From the NCBI GenBank assembly GCA_002269645.1, contig NIVC01000022.1, positions 372,001 to 436,000 on the forward strand: a stretch of DNA of 64,000 nt. The letters are read 5' to 3'. This document shows positions 12,836-23,374 of this stretch, piece by piece. The notes beneath the pieces are model-generated. The model saw only the letters and a program-made list of their open reading frames with translations. It made no database searches and had not been told where the DNA came from. Position 1 is the stretch's first letter. Each line of letters begins with the position of its first letter. This stretch comes from Macrostomum lignano (lineage: Eukaryota). A program made the translations under genes and the position numbers.

Positions 12836-13869
12836 AATTCGCCCTTTTCTAATAATAGTTTTCATGAAGCATTGCTTGATCGATATAATGGAATCTCGCT
12901 GGCTGTTTTGAAAGCAGCGCAGGCGTAACCGAGGCCAAACATGACAATTCTTCTAGTTGCTGCTGCTGCCTTGCAAGATTAGTTTGTCTTTTATTAATTT
13001 TAACCTGACTCATGCGACTTAACTACTGGATTTATGACACAGTTTTCATTTATCTTAGTTTTCTTAGAACTACGTGCCTTTATAGTTTTTGTTAATTTGC
13101 TCTTGTTTATCGCCGATGGGCTTAGGCTGGGTCTTAGCGAAATCATATATCTGACCTGTTTATCTGTTTTTTAACTGGTTCACTTTTTTGTACTCTTTAC
13201 ATATACAATCTTTTTCTATGGAGGTCACTACCGTGTTTGCCTTTTTATGCTATGATATGATATATGAACTTGCCTGTTTTGCACTTTTATGAGCTGGTTG
13301 TTGATTAGTTTCGCTTTATGTCGGTTTTTTGCGCTTTTTATCACTTTAGGCTGCCTTCCCAGACATTTTTTTGGTGATGCTTTTCTGAGGTGAGGCGTTT
13401 GCTGTCAAAGTCACAATTTCTGATTTCTTATTGAAACCTGTGCAAAGTGCCTCTCCACTGGCCTGGCTGCATATGAGCGCATCTTCCATGCCAAAAGGTT
13501 TGTCACACAAAAATACATGTGCTCGTAAATTATATGCCGCAGCGTTATTTATTGACAGTTAAAATTAACAATAACAATAACTAACAATCCTCCGTGAGAG
13601 TTCAGCGTCTTGTTCTATTTCTGGTATATTAATCAGTCCATTGTTGGCACTTGGCGCTGTGTGCGAGTTGATTTTCAGTAAGGCACATCGATTATTGATA
13701 TTCCAGTGCGAATTCAAAATGCATTTTAGAGGCATACACAGAGATTCTTGGTGATTCACATTAGAAATAGGATAAATATTTGTGGCCAAAGTAAAAATAT
13801 CACTGCGAATTTCACATACAGTTAGACAAGTTTGAAAGCGGTGATTTAGATATTGATAACAGATACTTT

Positions 13870-14672
13870 AGCTGTCTGACAGGTAATTCAGCTGTCTGAC
13901 AGGTAATTCAGCTGTCTAACAGGTAATTCAGCTGTCTAACAGGTAATTCAGCTGTCTAACAGGTAATTCAGCTGTCTAACAGGTAATTCAGCTGTCTGAC
14001 AGGTAATTCAGCTGTCTAACAGGTAATTCAGCTGTCTAACAGGTAATTCAGCTGTCTAACAGGTAATTCAGCTGTCTAACAGGTAATTTAGCTGTCTAAC
14101 AGGTAATTCAGCTGTCTAACAGGTAATTCAGCTGTCTAACAGGTAATTCAGCTGTCTGACAGATACTTTAGCTGTCTAACAGATACCTCAGATGTCTAAC
14201 ACACATCTCAGCTGTCTAACACACACCTCAGCTGTCTAACAGATACCTCAGATGTCTAACACACATCTCAGCTGTCTAACACACAGCTCAGCTGTCTAAC
14301 ACACACCTCAGCTGTCTAACAGATACCTCAGATGTCTAACACACACCTCAGCTGTCTAACAGATACCTCAGTTGTCTAACACACACCTCAGCTGTCTAAC
14401 AGATACCTCAGTTGTCTAACACACACCTCAGCTGTCTAACAGATACCTCAGATGTCTAACACACCTCAGCTGTCTAAAACACCTCAGATTTCTAACACAC
14501 ACCTAAGCTGTCTAACACACACCTCAGCTGTCTAACACACACCTCAGATGTCTAACACACACCTCAGCTGTCTAACACACACCTCAGATGTCTAACACAC
14601 CTCAGATATCTAACAGATACCTCAGCTGTCTAAAACACACCTCAGATATCTAACACACACCTCAGCTGTCTG
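13870..14672. repeat. 20-bp minisatellite (CAGGTAATTCAGCTGTCTAA grading to CACACCTCAGCTGTCTAACA)
   Basis: Visible tandem units with a polar change in unit sequence along the array. Confidence 0.94.
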
Positions 14673-14750
14673 CCACAAGTTTAAACCCACAGCCCACCTG
14701 TTCAATAGGTCAGTTAACCGCAATGAAAGCGGGGAGGGGCAATAAATCAA

Positions 14751-17700
14751 TCAGGCGGCGGACACCCAGGCCCAGCGCTGGGCCGAGTCGGCCTTGCTGC
14801 ACGGGACCAGCGCCAGCTGCTCCAGCCGCGAGTCCAGCGCCACGCAGCGACTACTTGGCACGTGCCGCAGGCGGCCGATATCCGGGAAATACTTGAAGTA
14901 CTGGTTGCCTCGCATGCCGTGGCAAGCAAACAGCTGGACGGCCCGACCGTCGGGCACGTCAAAGCAGCGCTCTGGCGGCGAGGCGTGGACGCGGATTTCG
15001 TCCCGCTCGCTGAGGTGCAGCAGCGTGGCGCCGCCACCGTCGCCGCAGGTGGTCATCGAGGGCTTGCTGTTGCCGGTTGCCACCGCCACGCACCTGCGGG
15101 GCTCAGGGTGCAAGCAGTTCTGCCCAGTCTGCTGATTCTTGAGAACATACTGTACAGGCGCGCGGGTACTGTATGCAGTCATACGAATAGGCAAACTCAC
15201 AGGGTGTACAGCGGGCTGAATTTCTAAGCGTTAGGCATGTACACTCTGTGCTTTGAATGTTTTCCCTGTGATAGATAAACATACTGTATATAGCTACATT
15301 AGCAGCTTGGCGCCAGATGCACATGCTTTAAATTAGCAGCTAGATGCACATGCTGTACATTAGCAGCTTGGCGCCAGATGCACATGCTGTACATTAGCAG
15401 CTTGGCGCCAGACGCACATGCTGTACACACCTATACAGTGCATAGAACTTCGCCGCTGTCACCATAGAGATTAAGTCAATCAGCTGATTCAGCTCGCTCA
15501 CCTATTTGCCGACTCGGCCTTCAAAAAGCCCGTCAAAGACTTTGCGGGCTTTCTGTACGGATAAAACTTCGGCTGATCGAAGGCCACATTCTTCATGTAC
15601 CACTCGAAGTTGTGACACTTCAGCCGCTCCCGGATGGCCCTCTGCTTGGTGAGGTCGCCAGCATCCACCAGGCGGTACTGCTCCTCATTGTTCGTGCTGT
15701 ACAGCTGCTCCTTGTACTCGTCCATCCACACCTCGGCCACCCGCTTGAAATTTCTAGTGATAAAATCTCCCAAGTTGCTGGGGTTTTTGTAGGGCATGAA
15801 GTTGCGGTAGATGTGCGCCACCCGGGAGCAGGGCGCGTCCAGCATGCGGCCGCCGCACTGCCAGATCTTGAAGCTCAGCTCGTACTGCTCGCCTGCGACG
15901 GTTCGGAGTTGAAGGGGATAAGCTGCTTCAGTGAGACTGCGGACAGGGTCTTCTTGAGAGGGACAGGGTCTTCCTGAGAGGGACAGGGTCTTCCTGAGAG
16001 GGACAGGGTCTTCCTGAGAGGGACAGGGTCTTCCTGAGAGGGACAGGGTCTTCCTGAGAGGGACAGGGTCTTCCTGAGAGGGACAGGGTCTTCCTGAGAG
16101 GGACAGGGTCTTCCTGAGAGGGACAGGGTCTTCCTGAGAGGGACAGGGTCTTCCTGAGAGGGACAGGGTCTTCCTGAGAGGGACAGGGTCTTCCTGAGAG
16201 GGACAGGGTCTTCCTGAGAGGGACAGGGTCTTCCTGAGAGGGACAGGGTCTTCCTGAGAGGGACAGGGTCTCCCTGAGTCCCGATTTCGAGACAGTGCAG
16301 GACTATGTGAAGTTTTGTGGATGGTCCTCAGGTGTTCTCAAATCTTCAGAGAGACACCCAAGGTCCCATCTTAAATCTTCACAAAGACACCCAAGGTCCA
16401 ATCTCAAAGCTACACGGGGTCCATCTCAAATCTTCACAAGGACACCCAAGGTCCAATCTCAAAGCTACACGGGGTCCATCTCAAATCTTCACAAAGACAC
16501 CCCAAGGTCCAATCTCAAAGCTACACGGGGTCCATCTTAAATCTTCACAAAGACACCCAAGGTCCAATCTCAAAGCTACACGGGTCCATCTCAAATCTTC
16601 ACAAAGACACCCCAAGGTCCAATCTCAAAGCTACACGGGGTCCATCTTAAATCTTCACAAAGACACCCAAGGTCCAATCTCAAAGCTACACGGGGTCCAT
16701 CTTAAATCTTCACAAAGACACCCAAGGTCCAATCTCAAAGCTACACGGGGTCCATCTCAAATCTTCACAAAGACACCCCAAGGTCCAATCTCAAAGCTAC
16801 ACGGGGTCCATCTTATATCTTCACAAAGACACCCAAGGTCCAATCTCAAAGCTACACGGGGTCCATCTCAAATCTTCACAAAGAAACCCCAAGGTCCAAT
16901 CTCAAAGCTACACGGGGTCCATCTCAAATCTTCACAAAGACACCCCAAGGTTCAATCTCAAAGCTACACGGGGTCCATCTCAAATCTTCACAAAGACACC
17001 CCAAGGTCCAATCTCAAAGCTACACGGGGTCCATCTCAAATCTTCACAAAGAAACCCCAAGGTCCAATCTCAAAGCTACACGGGGTCCATCTTAAATCTT
17101 CACAAAGACACCCCAAGGTCCAATCTCAAAGCTACACGGGGTCCATCTCAAATCTTCACAAAGACACCCCAAGGTCCAATCTCAAAGCTACACGGGGTCC
17201 ATCTCAGATCTTCACAAAGACACCCCAAGGTCCAATCTCAAAGCTACACGGGGTCCATCTCAAATCTTCACAAAGACACCCAAGGTCAAATCTCAAAGCT
17301 ACACGGGGTCCATCTTAAATCTTCACAAAGACACCCAAGATCCAATCTCAAAGCTACACGGGGTCCATCTCAAATCTTCACAAAGACACCCAAGGTCTAA
17401 TCTCAAAGCTACCCAAGGTCCATCTCAGATCTTCACAAAGACACCCCAAGGTCCAATCTCAAATCTTCACAAAGACACCCAAGGTCCAATCTCAAAGCTA
17501 CCCAAGGTCCAATCTCAAATCTTCACAAAGACACCAGAGGTCCAATCTCAAAGCTACCCATGGTCCAATCTCAAATCTTCACAAAGACACCCAAGGTCCA
17601 ATCTCAAAGCTACACGGGGTCCATCTCAGATCTTCACAAAGACACCCCAAGGTCCAATCTCAAAGCTACACGGGGTCCATCTCAGATCTTCACAAAGACA

Positions 17701-20700
17701 CCCCAAGGTCCAATCTCAAAGCTACACGGGGTCCATCTCAAATCTTCACAAAGACACCCAAGGTCAAATCTCAAAGCTACACGGGGTCCATCTTAAATCT
17801 TCACAAAGACACCCAAGATCCAATCTCAAAGCTACACGGGGTCCATCTCAAATCTTCACAAAGACACCCAAGGTCCAATCTCAAAGCTACCCAAGGTCCA
17901 TCTCAAATCTTCACAAAGACACCCAAGATCCAATCTCAAAGCTACCCAAGGTCCATCTCAAATCTTCACAAAGACACCCAAGGTCCAATCTCAAAGCTAC
18001 ACGGGGTCCATCTCAAATCTTCACAAAGACACCCAAGGTCCAATCTCAAAGCTACACGGGGTCCATCTCAAATCTTCACAAAGACACCCAAGGTCCAATC
18101 TCAAAGCTACACGGGGTCCATCTCAAATCTTCACAAAGACACCCAAGGTCCAATCTCAAATCTTCACAAAGACACCAGAGGTCCAATCTCAAATCTTCAC
18201 GGGGTCCATCTCAAATCTTCACAAAGACACCAGAGGCCCACCTCAACGCTTCACAAAGACACCAGAGGTCCAATTTCAAATCTTCACGGGGTCCATCTCA
18301 AATCTTCACAAAGACACCAGAGGCCCACCTCAACGCTTCACAAAGACACCAGAGGTCCAATTTCAAATCTTAACAAAGACACCAGAGGCCCACCTCAACG
18401 CTTCACAAAGACACCAGAGGTCCAATTTCAAATCTTAACAAAGACCCAATAGGTCCATCTCAAAGGCACCAGTCACAAACCTCCCCAGATGTCCAGGCCG
18501 CTGTCGTATCCTCCCAACTCGTTGAACCAGCGCCGCGTCATAGCGAAGAGGCCGCCGGCCATGACGGGGCTGGCGAAGGGCTCCGCACGGTGCCGCAGGC
18601 TCTCCGACAGCAGCGGCAGCCGCTTGTAGTGGAAGCTGTTCCAGCTCCAGCTGCCCCGCGCGCCCGTGTCCTGCGACCGGATCTCGAAGGTCTCCTGGTC
18701 GATGACGTCGATGAACGGGCAGACGACGGTGCGGTAGTCCTCGGCGATGGGGTGCAGCAGCGGTGGCAGCCAGTTGACGCCACACTCGCAGTGCGAGTCC
18801 ATCACGATGACGACGTCGGCTGTGACGGCGGCGATGCCGCGCATGCGGGCGCGGATCAGGCCTTCGCGCTTGGGGGCGCGCAGCACCCGGGCGAAGCCGC
18901 TCTGGGGGAAGTGCTTGGCCAGGGCCGCCTCCAGCGGGCCGCCCAGCGCCGGCTTCTGGCTGGCGTCGTCAACCAGGATGATCTCCGTGAGCAGCTGAGG
19001 CGGCGCCCTGGCGCGGCAGGACACGGCGGTGCGGAGCAGGGTGGACAGGTGCTCCTCGTGAAAGGGGATGACGAGTGCAGCCGTGGGCAGACGGCGGTAG
19101 TGCAGCTGCGAGCGGCACTCGGGGTAGCGCAGGTCGGGTATTGACCGGTCCAGGGCGATGCTGTCGCTCAGCAGTGCGTTGAAGCCGTTGGCCTGGAACA
19201 GGTCGGCCTTCTGGCGGGCGCTGGCAGACGCAGGCAGGGAGGCCGGGCGGCCGCCCTCGCCGAGGCCGGAGCGTCGCGAGTCCGCCTCGATGGCGGCGTA
19301 GTCGTGCCAGTCTTTCAGCGCTGACCGGGGGTGAAGATGGATGCGCGTCAGATATACAAAAATATTCTGTCTGCTCACAGACGGGCTTTTTTTCGAGGGG
19401 CTAATTTTTGTCAAGGGCGGGGCGAGAGCCCTACTGATGATATTTTAGCGCCAATTTAGCGCCGCATACGGCACTTTAGCGCCAATTTAGCGCCGCATAC
19501 GGCACTTTAGCGCCAATTTAGCGCCACAGGTGACACTTTAGCGCCTATTCAGCGCCGCATACGGCACTTTAGCGCCACAAGTGACACTTTAGCACCAATT
19601 TAGCGCCACAGGTGACACTTTAGCGCCAATTCAGCGCCGCATACGGCTCTTTAGCGCCAATTTAGCGCCACAGGTGACATTTAAGCACCGCAGGTGACAC
19701 TTTAGCGCGAATTTAGCGCCGCATACGGCACTTTAGCGCCAATTCAACGCCGTAGGTGACATTTTAGCGCCAATTTAGCGCCACAGGTGACACTTAAGCG
19801 CCAGTTAAGCGCCGCAGGTGACACTTTAGCGCCAATTTAGCGCCACAGGTGACACTTAAGCGCCGCAGGTGACACTTAAGCGCCAGTTAAGCGCCACAGG
19901 TGACACTTAAGCGCCAATTTAGCGCCGCAAGTGACACTTAAGCGCCGCAGGTGACACTTTAGCGCCAATTCAACGCCGTAGGAGACATTTTAGTGCCAAT
20001 TTAGCGCCACAGGTGACACTTAAGCGCCAATTTAGCGCCGCAAGTGACACTTAAGCGCCGCAGGTGACACTTTAGCGCCAATTCAACGCCGTAGGAGACA
20101 TTTTAGTGCCAATTTAGCGCCACAGGTGACACTTAAGCGCCAATTTAGCGTCGCAGGTGACATTTTGGCGCCAATTTAGCGCCGCAGATGACACTCTAGC
20201 GCCAATGTAGCGCCGCAGGTGACACTCTAGCGCCAATTTAGCGCCGCAGGTGACATTTTGGCGCCAATTTAGCGCCGCAGGTGACACTCTAGCGCCAATT
20301 TAGCACCACAGGGGACACTTAAGCGCCAATTTAGCGCCACAAGTGACACCTTAAAGACTTTAGCGCCTATTTACGTGCAGATAGAATTTTGACTTTAATT
20401 AATTAAAATACACTACACTTAAATTCAATAATTGTTCACCAAGACCGAAATAATAAACTTCAAAGAGGAGTTAACATGCTAGTCTATTATATTACATTTT
20501 TCTAGTTAAAGAGCACCAGTGCTAGTAGCACATTTTACTCTTTAATATCTGTATTTATATATCTGTCAAGCATATCTGTGTGTTGAAATCTAACCGAACT
20601 CACAGTGCGAATGCCTGTCGCCCCGCCTAGGCGAGTGGCCGCCCCAGCCCCACCAGCCCAGCAGCAGCAGGCCCAGCAGCAGGAGCAGCAGAGGCGACTT

Positions 20701-20757
20701 CAACCGTCTCGGTAATTTTGGCAGCCTACGGCGTAATCGCAGAACGGTGGACTGCAT
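14751..20757 (-). CDS. GALNT10-like: Second polypeptide N-acetylgalactosaminyltransferase, GALNT10/pgant6-like (GALNT-B, 575 aa, 4 exons)
   Basis: Exons 20757-20604 (MQSTVLRLRRRLPKLPRRLKSPLLLLLLGLLLLGWWGW, type II anchor, in-frame TAG just upstream), 19320-18481, 15892-15502, 15093-14751. GT-AG junctions, phases 1/1/2, 1728 nt. Motifs [36 protein letters not shown] and a ricin domain. The last acceptor was chosen because it matches phase 2 and aligns with the GALNT-A lectin. Confidence 0.9.
15295..15425. repeat. 34-bp tandem repeat (TACATTAGCAGCTTGGCGCCAGATGCACATGCTG) in GALNT-B intron 3
   Basis: 3-4 visible copies. Confidence 0.85.
15948..16278. repeat. 20-bp minisatellite (GGACAGGGTCTTCCTGAGAG) in GALNT-B intron 2
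   Basis: 15 perfect copies (15961-16260) plus degenerate edge units. Confidence 0.97.
16335..18465. repeat. 55-56-bp dimeric minisatellite in GALNT-B intron 2
   Basis: The unit is two related GGTCC(A)ATCTCAAA subunits. It runs almost to the splice donor and explains spurious ORF 16317-17318. Confidence 0.95.
19440..20370. repeat. Variable-unit minisatellite (TTTAGCGCC / GCAGGTGACAC modules) in GALNT-B intron 1
   Basis: Dozens of TTTAGCGCC/TTAAGCGCC and CAGGTGACAC modules. Confidence 0.92.
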
Positions 20758-22184
20758 GATCGGCTAGCTGGTAGAGAGGGCCCGGACTTCGGAGGGACCA
20801 GCAGTGAGATGGTGATGGAGCTCCCAGGAAGTTGAATGTGCAGAGAGAGAGCAGCTCTGGCTGACTTAGCTGCAGTTAGTAGAACTACTATAATAGTGAA
20901 TGGAAGTGAATGGAAGGTGTTCACCGCAGCCTGGCCAATGCCAGTGGAAATGCTGCTGTTCGCCAAATGGAGAGGAGATAACGGCCGGGTAGAGAGAGGA
21001 GAGAAAGGCAGATTTAGTGTCTCGTCACCTAAACAGTATAGTTCGCCTATGTACATTCAAGCTGAGTGTACACTGGGAGGGGGGCAGGGGTGAGGGGGCA
21101 AACCCACCACCTCATTTCTTCACACAGAAGCCAGCTCTACTTCTTTATTTCTTTCTGACCAACAACAGATTTACTCTTACAATACATGTGCCAGTATGTG
21201 TATATAGCAAATAACACAAACCAAATATCATAAACTCGAAATATCATAGCTCCGAAAGTTCTAGCAATATCCAACACTATTTGGTTTTCGGAGTTATGAT
21301 ATTTCGGGTTTATGACATGACACGCCCCCCTTTTTGGTCCCCCCCTTGGCTACGCCTCAGGGCCAGAGTATAGTGTATTAGTACAAGTTTAGCTCGAAAA
21401 TCAATGGAAATATTTAATTGCATATTTTTGAATTGGTCGAGACGCAACTTGAGTGCAAGAGCGAGATTCAAAAGCAAAAAGCAAGCAAGTCAGCAAATAG
21501 CAACCCGATTGTTTACCATATGCATTTTGTTTTTTGTAGAAAATGAAAATGTGATTGTATTTGACAATGTAATTTTTTTAAAAATCGGTTCGTTCTATTG
21601 AATTTTTTAATTTAGAGAATGCTGCTTTTAAAAAAACGAATCCAGACAGACAAACAGGGTGACAGACCGACAGACAGAGACACAGAAACAAGCAAGCGGA
21701 CACAATCCATTGGAAAGACAGACACTCAGTGGACGAACAACACACTAGGCTAGGAAGACAATTTCCTGGCAGCCAACAAGGCCCTTTCAGTATTAGCACA
21801 GATAATCCGATGGTCCAGCTCAGCTCCCTCCGAGAGCGTTAGCGGCTGCACAACCGCCAGCTGCAGCCCTGCAGTTTATATCTGCCAACAATGTGATTCC
21901 CAATATACAAGCAGGTTCTGCAGGTCTACTGTGGCAACAGCGATATAATCCGCACAGTGAGCCAGCGACCATCTGTTGCCGGAAATCCTTGCGGCACTGC
22001 ATAAAGGGGGGGGGCGCACACCGAAATCTGAGGCCATTCAAGCGCGGGGCAAAGCGGCAGGCGAATGCGGCTCACAGAGCTCCACACCGAGACCACATGG
22101 CATTTGCACGGAAGCGCTTTGGAATTGATCGATTCCCCTGTAGTGAGGCAGAGAGCACCTTAATAAGAGCTCTGGCCGCTCTAG

Positions 22185-22800
22185 GCTGACGCAGAATCTT
22201 ACCGGGAGATTTCCATTATTAATCAAGAATCTCATCATGAGATTACACAGGTTGACGCAGAATCTTACCGGGAGATTTCCATTATTAATCAAGAATCTCA
22301 TCATGAGATTACACAGGTTGACGCAGAATCTTACTCCGGAGATTTCCATTATTAATCAAGAATCTCACCTTGAGACTACGCAGGTTGACGCAGAATCTTA
22401 CCCGGGGAGAATCTCACCATGAGAATACGCAGGTTGACGCAGAATCTTACCCGGGGAGAATCTCACCTTGAGAATACGCAGGTTGACGCAGAATCTTACC
22501 CGGGGAGAATCTCACCATGAGAATACGCAGGTTGACGCAGAATCTTACCCGGGGAGAATCTCACCTTGAGAATACGCAGGTTGACGCAGAATCTTACCCG
22601 GGGAGAATCTCACCATGAGAATACGCAGGTTGACGCATAATCTTACCCGGGGAGAATCTCACCATGAGAATACGCAGGTTGACGCATAATCTTACCCGGG
22701 GAGAATCTCACCATGAGAATACGCAGGTTGACGCAGAATATTACCCGGGGAGAATCTCACCATGAGAATACGCAGGTTGACGCAGAATCTTACCCGGAGA
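22185..22800. repeat. Tandem repeat, ~65-bp units changing to 49-bp units (GGTTGACGCAGAATCTTACCCGGGGAGAATCTCACCATGAGAATACGCA)
   Basis: Directly visible periodicity. Confidence 0.92.
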
Positions 22801-23374
22801 TTCTCCTTGATATTTTATAATCAACAGAATTTCACCCTGAGATTTCCATCGTGGACGGAATCTCACCCTGAGATTTCATAAATGAGACAGAATCTTTGCA
22901 GCACGCTATCTCACTCTAATAAATATTTTTTGCGTACTAAAAAACACGACCAAAATAGATATTAAAGACAAATTCGTATTTCATTACTGAATTCCAACCT
23001 TGAGTAGTAAAGCACGCAGTTTTACAGTATATTTACTCAGCGAAACGAATGCTCGCAAATACCGCAGTTTCAGTTAAACCAGCAGATCGATTGCCGAAAT
23101 TAGTGTCGCAGAACTTCGCGGCTCGAATCTACAGCGGGAAATTGCATTTCCATCGCTGACAAGGCCGCCTTTGCGTGATTGAATTTCAGAGAAACCCTGT
23201 ACTCGTGTGCAGCAGTGCAGTGGAAAGTGGGACAAGTGGCTGCAGTGGTGCCTGTTGCTGCCTGAAGGACTCCGTTGCATTGGAATAAGACTGGGAGGCC
23301 TTAGGGAGTAGGGGGTGAATGAGGGAGTGAGGGTGACTGAGTAAAGGAGTGAATGAGGGAGTGAGGGTGACTGA

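Noticed and set aside
15094-15149. Alternative acceptor CCTGTACAG|TATG for GALNT-B exon 4
   Set aside because: Phase 0 is incompatible with the phase-2 donor at 15501. The acceptor at 15094 restores frame and lectin alignment.
16317-17318. 333-aa ORF and similar long ORFs at 41935-42900, 46726-47538, 48481-49613, 53577-54414 and 59652-60455
   Set aside because: These are translations of stop-poor minisatellites, several inside introns. They have no domain content or start context.
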